The notes: generated by a model from the letters alone, not told the origin. A DNA stretch of 64,000 bases from Stegostoma tigrinum (GCF_030684315.1 NC_081387.1:5002497-5066496), one strand, 5' to 3'. Numbered from the stretch's first letter, positions 25,895 to 40,400 are shown. Numbers and translations are program-made.

Positions 25895-27480
25895 TTAAAC
25901 TCTCTACCACTTTGTGTGGCAGAGAATTTCACAGACTCGCCACTCTTTGGATAATGAAATTTCTGCTCATCTCATTACTAAATGATTTACCTTGTATCCT
26001 TAGACTATCACCCTGGTGCTGGTCTCCCCAGTCATTCGAAACACTTTTCCTGCATTTACTCTGTAATAGTCTGTCGATAGTTAGAATTATATAGGTTTCT
26101 ATAAGATCCAACGCATTCTTTTAAATCCTAGTAAATCAATCCTGCCATTCCAGACATCATTCTGGCCAATCTTTGTACATTCCCCCTGGCTAGAACATGC
26201 TTCCTCAGATAAGGTGACCAAAACAGCATGTAATATTTCAGGTTTGGTCTCACCAAGGCGCTGTTGAATTATAGCAAGACATCTCTGCTCCTGTACTCGA
26301 TCCTCTCACTATGAAATTCAACTTACCTTTTGTCTTCTTGACTACCTGGGGACTTACTTTCAATGACTTGTGTACAAGAGCACCCTGGTCTCATTGCATC
26401 TTCCCCTTTCTCCATCCATTGCCAATCAGATAATAATCCATCCTCCTATTTTAACCACCAAAGTGCAGAACCTTACATTAATCCACATTACATCTACCTG
26501 TATCTACCCACTTATTCAACCTGTCCACACCATACTGATGTATCTCTGCATCCTCCCTCTGCATCCTACTCACAGTTCACCCTCACACCAACTTTGTGTC
26601 TTCTGCAAAGTTGGAGATATTACATTGAGTCCTCTATCTAAATCGTGAACATATACATATAAGTAGCTGGGGTCAAAGCTCTGATCCCCACTAGTAACTG
26701 CTCCCAACTGGGAAAAAAATTATTTCTGATATTTGTTTCCTGACTGCCAGCCAGTTCTCTATCCATGTGAGTACACATGCACTTCCATTTTACACACTAA
26801 TCTCTTATGTAGGATTTTATCAAATGCCTTCTAAAAGCCCGTAAGACCTAGGAGTGGAAGTAAGGCCATTCGTCCCATCAAGTCCACTCCGCCACTTAAA
26901 TCATGGCTGATTGGCAATTCAACTCCGCTTCCCTGCACTCTCCCCGTAGCCCTTGATTCCTTTTGAGATCAAGAATTTATTGATCTCTGCCTTGAAGGCA
27001 TCCAACGTCCCGGCCTCCACTGCATGCTGCGGCAATGAATTCCACAAGCCCACCACTCTCTGGCTGAAGAAATAAGTCCAAGTAAACCACATCTACTGGT
27101 TCCCATTATCAACTGTGCTAGTTAATATTTGAAGAATTCCAGTAGATTTGTCAAAAATGATTTCCTAATTTGCAAATCCGTGCTGACTCTGATCTTGTCA
27201 TTGGTATCTAAATGCTGTGCTCTTAAATTTTTTGTAACAGATTTTAACATTCCCCCCAACTATCAAGGGCTACTGGGAGAGTCCAGGGAAGTGGAATTGA
27301 AATGCCCATCAGCCATGATTTAAATGGCGGAGTGGACTCGATGGGTTGAATGGCCTTACTTCCACTCCTATGTCTTATGGACTTATGTCTTATGGTCTAA
27401 CTAACCAACTCTAATTTCTAGTTTCCTCTCTACTTCCTTTTTTAAGTAATGAAGTTACATTAGCCACCTTCCATGGAATT
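25895..27480 (-). mobile_element. old CR1 remnant (its 3' end likely at 17270-17440) containing two opposed short CR1 3' ends
   Basis: DLIETYIILTIDR...FSNEMSRNFIIQRV remnant. Inserts at ~26841-27073 (-) and ~27262-27398 (+). Confidence 0.7.
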
Positions 27481-28789
27481 GAGAGGATTTTATGAATTAT
27501 CTGGGGCAACAATGACCTAGATACTGTCCACAGGTGGGACAGTGTCATTTCTGAGAGGACCCAGTTGGTTTGTGGTCAGTTCCTTTCATGACTGAATCTG
27601 TTACTCAGACAAGAACTGACACTACCTTATTTGGATATGATATAATATTGTTTGGAATTGTCTTGTGCTTTGGGCCAAATTCCCAATTTCATCACATTTT
27701 CTCTTTCCAATACAAAGCAAAGAGGATATGAAATCAGAATAGTGTCAGTGTATGTGTGAGTATGTTTTGAGGGGATGGAGTCTTGTTTGCAGTAAACCTG
27801 CTTGCACAGTTAAAGCCCGCTTTCAGAGCTGCCATGGAGTTGTTTGATGTTGTACATTGCCACCGTAGCTTCCCATCACTCTGTCTCACTGACATCCACC
27901 CCCCTACCTTCCATTGTACCCACTGGGAGATTTTCTTGCCAACCTATTGTCACCCTGCCCAGCGTACCCATCACTGTCAGTGGTTCAGCTCTTACTGTAC
28001 TGCTGCACATTCCCTTCCAGAATATCTGCCACGTAAAAAACATGTTTGCCTTCAGGATGTTATTGAAGGTGATTACATTAATGTCATGGTACTGGAACAA
28101 AATTGACCAATCATGGCAACATTTTCCTCTTAATGAGAGCTCTCTACCTGCACATATCTTCTACTGCCTGAGCTCCCAGAACGCCACAGTGACAGCGTTC
28201 TTCTAATCACCAAGTGAGGTTGAGTGTTTGCCAAAGATATTGCTGAACAAAGAGTTGAATATTTCTTTTTCCTGTTCAATAGAAGATCTTTCCAAAGGGA
28301 GTGAGGGAGAGAAATTTGTTTTTCCCCTTTTGTTATGTGTAGTCAAATTTGATGTTCTTTTGTTGAAAATACATTGCCAGCATTTTGTGAACATGTTAAT
28401 TGACTGACTACCATGGTGGCCAAACTGTAAAAACAAAATTTCTGCAATATCAAGTTGGGTTTCATTTTGAATCTGATGTGTCCAATTTTACTGTCAGCTG
28501 GGATTATAACACTCTGCTCTGAGTAACTCTTTATCCAATGTGGGTCAAACACCCATCTCAATTTATTCTGCAATCTCTGATCTATTTCATTGACTTCCTT
28601 GCTTCCCTTAACCTTTCCTGGCATGTAGATTCTCCCATCCATATTCATAACCATCCCTTTGAAGTTAGTGATCCCCTAACATCTCAACTTCTACAGGTAA
28701 GATTATCTCCAATCACTTTTTCTTTATTCCTAACTACTCACAATCACTTTATAACAGCTTCCCTCTTAGCTTGAGAGATAGCTACAGCA

Positions 28790-31750
28790 AGATTGGACCT
28801 CACCGGAAGTGGAGAAGAAGCAATGGAGAAGAAATAAACTGAAAAGTGAGAAAAAAACCAAACTGTGACATCACAGGTAGGAGGTGAGTTGATTGACTAG
28901 TATTGTAACTTTGTTTCCCTTTCTTCAAAATTAGCAAGTTAGTCTAAGCAGCTGGGAAAAGTTTTTTTATATAATTAGGTTAAATGAGTCATTTCCGTTA
29001 GCCGTGTATATTTAAGTGATGACAGAAGAGAGAGGAGAGTAGCTAGTGAGTCTGTTTTCTTTGGTAAGTTTTAATGAAATGGCATCTGCAACTCCTGAGT
29101 GTGCATCCTGTTCTATGTTGGAACACCAAAGTGCTCCTATGTCCTGGGTAACCTGTCCTGACAACCGCAGAATCTTGAGCTCCAAGTTTCAGAGCTTGTC
29201 CAGCAGTTGGATCCAATGCAGCAAATTCACCAAATTGGGAGTTTTGTGGCCAGCACATTTATAGATGAGAATCAGGCAATTATTGCAAGAGTTCTCTGCA
29301 TACATCACCCTCTAACCTAGCTTTATTTCTGAATGCTGGCAGAAATCATGTTTCATCTGTGAAGTGCAGCCAGATCCAGTTAGGGGAACAGACACTTGTG
29401 CAGCAGCAGTTGTGAATCCTCTAATCATGTATCGTCCCTGGTCCCAGGGCCAAGGTCATCACCCTGAGGAGGTGAACAGCTAATGATTGTGATCCAATTC
29501 ATTACTACAGCACAGGCAGAAAGAGGGATGTGATCCTGCATTCGTAATTTATGAAACTAGGGAAGAAACTAGCAATCAGGACCTCAAAAAGCATTAATCG
29601 TCAGATTTCTCCCAGTTCCATGTATAGCATGGAATCTATATCATGTCCCATAAAGCAGATAAGTACATGGCTGGAGAGATGGAGCAGGATGGAGGGATTT
29701 GGATTCTGGAATCTGAGAGAGATGGAATTTGCACCAACTGGACAAATTATTACCAAAATGGAGCTGGGACTATTTTCCTTGCAGAGTTATTTGCCAGTGC
29801 CATTGGGGAGACCTTAATCTAACATGGCAAGGGTGTAGGAAGTAGGTAGCAATATCAAAGGGGAATGCCAAGGAACAGAGGATGTTATGAGAGGCAGATA
29901 TTTCTAAATTATTAGATGGTAAGGTAATATGTGGGTTCAGCATAAGAGACAAAATAATAAAGTCTAAATTCAGATTATTGTAAATGCTTGTGAAAGTGAA
30001 AAATATGATTGATTATTTTATAGCACAGACAGCCATGTGTAAATCCAATATTATGATAATAACAGAGACTGGCTCAACTGAGAGTAGAATTGAATATTAA
30101 ATAATCCTGGATACAAAATGTTCAGGAAAGGTGTGAAAGGAAAGGATCAGGAATATTGGGAGTATAGATTAAGAGAAACAGAAATATGTGCAAAAATGAT
30201 GGCCAGAAGGGTCAAGGACAGAATCTATTTGGCTAGATCAAAATGATAAAAAAAACTACAATTACATTTCTCAAGAAGTCTATAAGCCCCCAACTCAATG
30301 GAAGGGTGTCTAGGAACAAATTTGCATGGAAATGTTCTTATATTATACAGCAGTTATAATGAGGGCTTATGATTTTATCAGTACATTCTTTCACGAGATA
30401 TTGGTATCACTGTCAAGGCCAGCACTTGTTACTCATCCTTAATTGCCCTTCAACTAAGTGGCTTGCTGGGCCAGTTAAGAGCCAACTACAGTATTGTGGA
30501 TCTGGAGTCATATGTAGGATGACAGATTTCATTCCATAAGGGCCACGAGTAAACCAGGTTTTTACAACAATTGCAGATATAGTTGTTATGATCACCATTA
30601 GTGAGACTAGCTTCCAACACCAGATTTTATGAGCTAGATTAAAATTCCATGAGGTGCTGGGATAGAATGGAAGTGAACTCATGCCCCTAAGATGTTTTAC
30701 TAGGTCTCTGGATTACTAGTTACCAATACGCAGTCTTATTTTATCCAATCATACTCTGAAATTGTAGTTGTGTAAAAGGTCAGAGAGGTACAGGAGTTCC
30801 TAGAGTGCACATAAAGATTTTGTACACGTAATGGAAAAGGAAGCACTGTCAGACATGGTTCTTGGGAATAAGCTGCCCTAAGTAAATTAAGTGTCAGTTA
30901 GGAGATTGTTGTGGAACAGTAATCATTGCATCGTAAAATTCAGGTTGGCTTTGGAAAAGAAGGAATTCAGAATAAAAATTAATAACTAGAGCAATGCCAC
31001 TTTCTTTGGTATAAGAATGGATCTGAGCCAGATAAATTGGAATCAAAGATGGGCAGACAAACTGTAACTGAACAACGGATCACCTTTCTTGAACAGTTGG
31101 TTTGGGCACAGACTCATGAAGGATACAAAAAGGACAAACAAATCTAGAGCTCAATGGACGGTGAAAGAATAAAGAGATGAGGGAGAAAAAATATGCCAAA
31201 ACCAATACCATAAGGTAGCACAATTGAGAATTAGACTGGAATTAGAATTAGGTTCACATTTTATTGTCACATGCACTCCAGCACAAGAATACAGGAATAC
31301 AGTCAAAGTACAGAAAGTTCAGTGTGAAATTGAAAAACAGATAAGAGAAACAAAAAGGAGAGTATGAGACCAGACTAGGAGCTAACATAAAAGTGAGGTT
31401 GTTGAATTGCTCGCTGAATTGGCTTGTTCTCATTCAGACGTTTCATCACCTTGCTTGGTGACATCATCAGTGGAGCCTCTGATGAAGCAACATTATTCTA
31501 TTCAGCTTGGAATTTATACTGTTTGGTCTGTTATGGTGAGTAGTGTCATTTCCGGTTTTGATCTGCATCTGCAGATCTTTTCCAAAACTTTGAACAAGTC
31601 AACAACCTCACCTACAACCCAAGCTATAGATCTTTGCCAAACTTTTGAAAATAAAACTAAATACAGAATAGGCACATAAGTAGTATGGAGTAAAAGGAGA
31701 GATGGTGCTGATTAGAGACTGAAGTGGGAACTCACACATGGAGGAAGGAG
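28790..31750 (+). mobile_element. highly degenerate long CR1 (5' UTR, ORF1 esterase-like, start of ORF2) with smaller inserts
   Basis: Eroded ORF1 and APE-domain motifs (ITETG-like, DMVLGN, SNHC). No intact frame. Confidence 0.55.
31435..31473 (-). ncRNA. minimal hammerhead ribozyme motif (different Penelope-like terminus)
   Basis: CTGATGA-T-GTCACC-aagcaa-GGTGAT-GAAA-CGTC with a 6-bp stem II. Confidence 0.6.
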
Positions 31751-31759
31751 CCATTTGAT

Positions 31760-32555
31760 TCAATGTGATTTGATTTATTATTGCTACATGTATCTGAGTA
31801 CAGTGAAAAGTTTTGTTTTCATGTGCAGTACAGGCAGATCATAACATACAATGACTCAAAGATCATTGGGTGATTGAACAGAGTGAGGAATATAAAGTTA
31901 CAGCTGCAATGGAAGTGTACAAAAAGCAAGATCAACATTAGATTTGAAATTTGAGAGGTCCATTCAGAAATCTAATAACAACAGGGAAGAAGCTGTTCTT
32001 GAACCTGTAGTATGTGTGTTTAAGCTTTATACCTTCTGCCCATGTAAGAAGTTGGAAGAAATTATAACCAGGGTAGGAGGGGTCTTTGATGATGTTGGCT
32101 GCCTTTCCGTGGCAAGGGGAAGTGTAGATGGACTCAATGGATGGAAGGTTGGTTTGCACAACGGACTGGGCTGTGTTCACAATTCTCTGTAGTTTCTTAC
32201 AGTCCTTGGCAAAACAGTTGTCGTACCAAGCTGTGATAGAATGCTTTCTATAGTGCATCTGGTAACGTTGGTGAGAGTCCTTATGGACATGCCGAACTTC
32301 CTTAGCCTCCTGAGGAAATAGGCATTGTTGTGCCTTCTTGACCATCGCATGATGTGGGTTGACAGGGACAGATTGTTGGTGATCATCCCTCCCAGGTACT
32401 TGATGCTCCCAACCATCTCCACTTCATGCCCATTGATGTAGCTAACAGCATGCCCCTTTCCTTGGTTCCTGAAGTCAATGATCAGTTCTTTAGTTTTGCT
32501 GATATTGAGGGAGAGATTGTTATCTTTGCATCACATAACCAAGCCCTCTGTAAGC
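31760..32555 (-). mobile_element. Rex1/Babar-type LINE 3' remnant
   Basis: IKYLG..ITNNLS...YFLRRLRKFGMSIRTLTNVTRCTIESIL motif and a (TTTGA)-type tail. Confidence 0.8.
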
Positions 32556-32889
32556 TAAATGTGAGTTTATTGTGATTTATAAACTTGCACAGAGAAAGAA
32601 TAGTTTCTTCCAATCGTTCTGCACTTTTAAACTTTAATTTTAAGTCTGTAAAAATTACTAACAATGTTCTCTTAAATTTACTTGCAAGTCTGAAGTTTCT
32701 ATGATGTCCAGAGCCAAGAATTATCGATACTTGATTCATAAAGCTCCCGGCACCCTGCAGGTTCGATCACAAAGAATCCCGAATGAGGCCCGAATTCTAA
32801 CCCCGCGCAGACCCGAGCCCAAGGAGGTCCAGTCCAGGAATGAAACTGGCCCCTGCAGCAACCCAACTCCGTCAGCCAGAAAGGGCTGG

Positions 32890-34895
32890 GCATCCTCCTC
32901 AAATTTGTCTCCTAGAGAAATTCCTCGCCATCCTCCGCCTGCTGCATGACAGCATGTAAGCAGTGATCCTCAAAAATACATACACCACAAACCTAATACA
33001 TGTGCAAACTGGGGTGAAGCACCAACACAGCTCCAATTTTCTCATTTTAACAATCCAACCCGTGCCCACAAATGGACTGGAGCTTCTCTACGGGACAAGT
33101 GGGAAACTGTTCAATTTGCATCGCATCCAGTTCAGAATCAAGACCACCCCAACCTCTGTGGCAGGCTGCAGTTAGCAGACCACACTTGTGCATGTACATA
33201 CTCAGAGTCAAACTACAAACTATCAATGTATTCAAAAGTGTGACAATGTAAACTTCACAACTTTATTAAACTATTCAAAGATTGAAAGAATTGACAATAG
33301 ATAAATGTTACAACAGAAAGAATCAGTGATAACTCTGGAATAAACTTTTCTTGAGGGACGGAGCAACAAGAAACTGTTTTAAAGGAGTTAAAAGCAACAT
33401 GTGAATTAACTGTCTCTGGGAAGAAACAGCATGAACAAGCTGTTTCCTGGGAGAAGAGATAACTTTGCTTGATAATCTGCTGCCTCTTGACAAATGGGCA
33501 ATTAAGACCGCCTGCCAGAAGTACTGTGGTGAAGTGAAGGTGTTAATTGTAGCAAAAGCTATGTTTTAAACAGACAGCTAACCAAACGTGACAAGGAAAA
33601 GGGGAGCTATTTCTGATGAGATAGCAAACTACATACTTAAAATCTCTGAATGTGTAATTATTTTGTGGATGAAAGAATCTAAAGGATATCAATAATGTCA
33701 CACCACAAACATGAAAGAGAGAAAATTTGTGTGAGATTCCAACACCAGGTCAAGTCAACAGCAGAACTTCAAAGAAAAACAATACAGAAGGACTGAACTT
33801 TGGAAACTTCCAGAGACAGAACACTGTTGCGTGAAAACCTGGCCAGATTTCAACATTAATCGGCTAATAGCTAAGTTGGGTTGCAAGGCTTATACTCATC
33901 TACTTGAGTGGTCTTGTTTTGGTTGTTGCATACAATAAAGTTTAAATGATTGTTTCAGTCCTTGATTGCCTGTGAGATTTCTTAATGAGTAGCTGAATTA
34001 AAGATAACTTGTGGTTATTTACCCACAACATGGGGCATTATGAAGGAATGAGATTTAGGGTAGAAATCCAGAACAGAAAGGTTCTTCACATCTTACTCCC
34101 ACTGTACAACCATGCCCCCTTACTATCAGGATCCATAATGAGCCACCAGACAACGTGGATCAATCCTCATACCTTGGCAGTCTCGTCTCAGTGAGGGCAG
34201 GCAGTGACTAGGAAATTCACTGTTGGACCCACTGTGTAGCTCAGATTTTGGTTGCCTGAAGAATCGAGTGCTTGATGATAAAGACCCCAGACCTTACACC
34301 AAGATCATGTTGTACAGCACAGCTGGAAATGTGTTACACGCCTCCTGTATGTTGGAAACAGAGACAATGTAGCAGACGTCCCAAATAGCTAGGGAAATAT
34401 CATCAGCAAAGTCTTCGCAAATCCTGAAAATCACTGGCAGGATAAGTTTTCTAATATAAATGACTTCTCTCAGGATAATCTCCCTAGCATCGAGGTACTG
34501 GTTACTATCAATCAGCAGCATTGGTTGATCCATGCTGTGCTCATTCCTGAAAATTAACCTCCAAAGCTCTTTACTCCAAGCTTCATCACAATGAACGACT
34601 GCTAGGAGGGCAGAGAACTATTTCAAAGACGTCTGCAATATCCCTACCAACACTTGGGAATCTCTTGTATGAGACTGCCTAAACTACAGAAGCATCTGCA
34701 AGGGAGGCAACCGTTTTAAACTCCTCCGACAGGCTGAGATAGAGAAGTACAAACAGTGGAAGGAGCAAGCACCCAACCGTCCACCCACCTGACTCATCAA
34801 ACACTACTTCTCCAATCGGGATTTATGGATCAACGATTGGACCATTTAATCACATCAGGTTCTACAACACTGGAGTGGAGGAAAGACATCCTCTA
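32890..34895 (+). mobile_element. RTE-clade LINE remnant interrupted by an LTR-like repeat (~33239-34030)
   Basis: KFLAILRLLHDSM and VQTGVK remnants. The interrupting ~790-bp TG...CA segment is related to 54745-55170. Confidence 0.6.
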
Positions 34896-34899
34896 GCAG

Positions 34900-36240
34900 A
34901 ACAATAGTGCTTATGTCTCAAACAAAAAGGAATACTTTAGGAAGATTAGAGGAGTATAGAATGTACAAGGGTAAAGTGATACGGTAAGTTAGGAAAGCAA
35001 AGATAAGATTGAAAAATATTGGATGGTAAAATGAAGGTAAATCTGAAGGTACTTTAGCAGTGAATTCAAGAAGTGGATCATATCAGAAAGGGTTCAGCCC
35101 ATCAGAGATGGATATGGTAACTTGTGCATGGATGCAGAAAATTTGGGGAATGGTTTTAACTGGATTCTTTGGCTCTGTCTTCACAAAGGAATTGGATGAT
35201 GATGTAGACATTCTAGTTAAAGATTGGAATTTCCCTGGAATATAGGAAAATGTGTTAAGTTGATTAAAATTTGGTTGTTGACTCAGCGACAGAAGACAAA
35301 TGATAATGATCAACGGATGTTTTGCTATGGAAAGTAGTTTCCAATGAAGTTCCACAGGGTTGTGTGTTAAGGGCCTTACAGTTTGTGGTATTAATTAATG
35401 AATTAGACACGTGATTGGGAAATTTACAGATGGCATAAAATTTGGCCAGATACGGATAGTGAAGGGGATGGCTGTCAAGTTCAGAAAAATATCACTGGTG
35501 TGGTTGAATGGACAGGGAAGAGGCAAAGAGAATTCAGTCTAAAAAAGTGTGAGGTTATTCATTTGGGGAGGGAAAACAAAGCATACATTATAAACAAATG
35601 TACTGGGAGAAGTAGAGAAAGTGAGAGCCTTTAGGAGTGCATGTCTACAGATCCCAAAGCTACAGGACAAATTAATAAGGTTGTTAGGGAGGAATATGGG
35701 ATTCTTTACTTCACTGGGCAAGGTATTGAATACAAGAGCAGGAATGTAATGTTGTAATTATATAAGGCACTGGTTAGGGCACAGCTGGAGTATTGTGCAC
35801 AGTTCTGCCAGAGCTTGAAAATTACATCTATGAGCAAAGGTTGGATAGGCTAGGTTTTTCCCCCTTAGAACAGGGAAGGCTGAGGATTGACTAAACGGTA
35901 CATAAGATAATGAGGTGCTTGGATAGAATGGACAGAGAATGCTTGTTTCTTCTAGCAGAGAGGTCACAGGGGCATAAGACGATTGGCAGAAGGATTAGAG
36001 GCGACATGAGGAAAAACATTTTTATCAATAGTGTGGTCGGTGGATAAAATTTGCTAATTTAAAAGGAACCTAGATTTATTATCTTGGAATTCCCCAGCAT
36101 CTGCAGTTCCCATTATCTCTGTACCTGGAGTGGTCACCTACGAGACTATGAGCTAAGTGCAGGAAAGTGGGACTAGAATGGGCAGTTGTTGCAGGTGCGA
36201 TGGACTGAATGCCTGCTTGTTGTTATGATATAACATATAT
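34900..36240 (+). mobile_element. degenerate CR1 ORF2 remnant
   Basis: LYKALVRAQLEYCAQF-like motif and FFGSVFTKE. Confidence 0.75.
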
Positions 36241-37461
36241 GATTTATCTATATTTTAATTTATTTTTATTTTTGGATTTGAAACTAGTGACATGTGGGTT
36301 CTGTGTGCCTGAAGGCATTAACTTGTTGGTGTATATGTAGCCATAGAGATTTCTTTTTAAAAGAGTATGAGAGATAAAGTTATTGAATGCTAATAGGAAT
36401 TTGTCTACAAAGCAAATGTCTTATGAGCAAGCATAATATATATCGTAGTGCATTAAATTTCATTTAAAAGGTTCTAGAAATTGTGTTTTATTTGGCTTAA
36501 GGAAAACACCCATAGCTTGGAAGAAATTTTTGGTTTGCATTTTTTCAGAAATCTTAGCTGAAGCTGGACATGTAAAGCAGTTGCTCCTGAAGAAATAAGG
36601 TAGATTAGAACTATTAAGAGCTAGGCTACCTCAGTATGGAGAGTTTACCTTAAATGTTCCAGATCAGAAGTGTTTGGTTAAAGTACTGAAGGGGTTAGTT
36701 GTAATTGGAGGATGTCTAACCTCAGTTGTGAGAAGTCTCAGGGAAGAGATAATCAGATTTTCAAGACTAGAGATTGAAACCAAATTAAGCCAACTCCGTG
36801 TATGATAGAGAAGGAAATTCTCTCTTAAATTTGAGTACTGTAAAAGGGTACTGTTAGCATTGTGAACACATTTTACAGTTTCAACACCATTAAAAAGGTA
36901 TGCTATGTATACATAATTTGGTTTATTCTATTATTCCTTCATTTCTTTTGTGTAATAAATTTGTATCATTGAAACTAAATCTGCAGCATTGTGAGCTTCT
37001 GTTTAAATGAAAGACCACCTCAATGAATAAAATACAAATTGATAAAGCCAGATTTCATCTGGTATCTGACTTGCCCAGTAATGTCATGAACTGAAATTGA
37101 AATAATAAGGGGCTCTTGGCAGAATTTTACTTTAAGTGGATTTAAGCGGGATCTGTCTTTTTAAAGAAATGACTGTGTGGTGGACCTTGACAAAGCAGCT
37201 CAGTTATGATGGGATTTATGGCGCAGAATCTGAATGATGCTTTTCTGGCAGTATAAGATATAATTGTGGATCATTTGAATTGAGCTTTAGCCAAACGTCC
37301 CAAGTTAAACTGAAGTTAAAATAAAAGGAGAATTATGTAAGAATGATGTACTTCACATGATAATCCAGCATTTAACACAGGAAGAATTTAAACCTGAAAT
37401 TGGGATGTCACAACTGTAATTAGTTAAAAGTTATAAATGAAAAGAGATAGAAAAATTAGAG

Positions 37462-40400
37462 GAGCAGCAAAGTTGATATTTCAGGTCAGGACCCTCCTTC
37501 AGGAATGAAGGAGGGGGAAGGGAGCTCTGAAATAAAGAGGGATGGGGTTGTGAGGATGGGGAAGATAGGTGGGATGGTGATAGGTGAGTGGAGGTAGGTA
37601 GTGGTGGGGATTGGTCAGTGAGATGGGAGGAACAGATAGGTGGGAGAGAAGATGGACAGGTTGTTTCAGGTCAAAGAGGCAGGGATGAGAGAGATGGCTG
37701 GTCATGGGTTGAGGCTGTGTTTGGGGAAATTTTGAAACTGGTAAAGTCCACATTGAGATCATTGCATTATAGGCTCCTAAGGCGGAATATGAGGTGCTGC
37801 TCCTCCAGTTTCCAGATGGCATCATTGTGACACTGGAGGAGACCCAGGATGGACATGTCACCCAGGGAGTGGGAGGAGGATTTGAAGTAGTTTGCATCTG
37901 GGAGGTGAGATAACAACGTGTGAAGCTGGATGAACACAGCAGGCCAATCAGCATCTTAGGAGCACAAAAGCTGACGTTTTGGGCCTAGACCTTACATCAG
38001 AGAGGGGGATGGGGAGAGGATTCTGAAATAAATAGGGAGAAGTGGGGAGGTGAACTGAAGATGGATAGAAGAGAAGATGTGTGGGGAGGTAGGGTGTGAA
38101 TATGTCAGTCCAGGGAGGACAGACATGTCAAGGGGGCAGGATGAGGTTAGTAGGTAGGAAATGGAGGCACAGCTTGAGGTTGGAGGAGGGGTTAGGTGAG
38201 AGGAAGAACAGGTTAGGGAGGCGGAAACGAGCTGATCTGGTTTTTGAATGCAGTGGGGGGAGGGGAGATTTTGAAGCTTGTGAAATCCACATTGATACCA
38301 TTGGGCTGCAGGGCTCCCAAGCGGAATATGAATTGCTGTTCCTGCAACCTTCGGGTGGCATCATTATGGCACTGCAGGAGGCCCAGGATGGACATGTCAT
38401 CTGAGGAATGAGAGGGGGAGTTAAAATGGTTCACGACTGGGAGGTGCAGTTGTTTATTGCAAACCGAGCGGAGGTGTTCTGCAAAGCGGTCCCCAAGCCT
38501 CCTCTTGGTTTCCCCAATGTAGAGGTAGCCACACCGGGTACAGCAGATGCAGTATACCACATTGGCAGATGTGCAGGTGAACATCTGCTTGATGTGGAAA
38601 GTCATCTTGGGGCCTGGGATAGGGGTGAGGGAGGAGGTGTGTGGGCAAGTGTAGCATTTCCTGCGGTTGCAGGGGAAAGTGCCGGGTATGTTGGGGTTGG
38701 AGGGGTGTGTGGAGCGGACAAGGGAGTCACGGAGAGAGTGGTCTTTCCAGAAAGCAGACAAGGGTGGGGATGGAAAAATGTTTTTAGTGGTGGGGTTGAA
38801 TTGTAGATGGTGGAAGTGTTGGAGGATGATGCGTTGTACCCGGAAGTTGGTGGGGTGGTATGTGAAGACTAGGGGGATTCTGGTTTGGTGGTTATTGCGG
38901 TGGGCGGAGTGTGAGAGATGTGTTGTGGGAAATGCGGGAGACACGGTCGAGGGCATTCTCGGGAGCAGACACAGCAGAGGCAGAGAAATTGGAAGTAGTG
39001 GATTGCAGTCTTCTAGAAAAGGTGGGTAAGAGGAGATATAGTCCAGGTACCTGTGGGAGTCGGTGGGCATGAAATAGATATCGGTTGAGGTGGTCACAAG
39101 AGATGGGGACAGAGAAGTCCACTAAGGAGAGAGACGTATTAGAGATGGTCCAAGTGACCTTGAGATTGGGATGAAAGGTGTTAATAAAATTGATGAACTG
39201 TTCAAGTTCCTCATGGGAGCATGAGGCAGTGCTGATACAGTTATCGATGTAATGGAGGAAGAAGTGGGGGTTGGGGGAGGGTCCAGTGTAGCTGCAGAAG
39301 AGGGACTGTTCCACGTATACTACAAAGAGACAGGCCACCACTGACATCAACCCACCCACTGCCAACGTCACCCCTAACTCCACCCCCACAGCCACCATAT
39401 CCACATCCAGTCCCAGTGTCCAGCCCTGCCAGGTCTTCACCATCACCCCAGACCTCCCCCTCACTGAGGACGAAATGTCAGTCCTCAGTAAAGTGTTCAC
39501 CTTCATTCCTCTGCACCCACACATCAACAAATACTGTTCACGTTTGGACTTGGAACACCATTTCTGCCACTGCACCTATTTCTTTAACCAGGGGTCTAAC
39601 CCACCTTCCATAGACCCCTTCTCCCACCTCCAACACACCCCCTCCTCCTGGACATCACCACAAGGCCTCCGATCCTCCCTTAACCTCTTCATCTCCAACT
39701 GCCGTCAAGACATTGATCACCTCAACCTCTCCCCAAGAATGTGCAGCCCTCCACTCCAATCCCAACCTCACCATCAAACCCGCAGTGGTAGTATGGCGCA
39801 CTGACCTCTACATCGCCAGGGCCAGACGCCAACTCTCCGACACCTCCTCCTACCGCCCCCTTGATCATGACCCCACCCCGGAGCACCAAACCATCATCTT
39901 CCAAACCATCCACAACCTCCTCACCTCAGGTGACCTCCCACCTACAGCCTCCAACCTCATTGTTCCCCAACCCCGCACCACCCGCTTCTATCTCCTTCCC
40001 AAAAATCCACAAACTTGACTGTTTCAGCCAACCCATTGTCTCTGCCTGCTCCTGCCCCACCAAACCTATCCCTGCTTACCCTGGACTCTATTTTCTCCCC
40101 CAGCCCAGGAATTCTTCACCTGTGTCTGGGACACCACCCACATCCTCGACCTACTCCAAGACATGGCCCCTAACACCCTCATCCTCATTATGGACATTCA
40201 ATCCCGATATACTTGCATCCCCCATGCAGATGGCCTAAAAGCCCTCTGCTTCTTCCCCTCCTGCAGGCCCAACTGTTCCCCCTGCACCGACACCCTCATC
40301 CACTTGACGGAGCTCATCCTTACCTTTAACAACTTATCCTTCAACTCCTCCCACTTCCTCCAGACGAAAGGGATGGCCATGGGCACCCACATGGGCCCAA

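Noticed and set aside
27780-28770. Possible decayed transposase or host exon
   Set aside because: Several short ORFs with no recognisable motif or splice pattern.
36240-37460. LTR, PBS and gag remnant (related minus-strand copy at ~9755-10820)
   Set aside because: Partial similarity is visible between the copies, but boundaries, TSD and PBS are too eroded to call.
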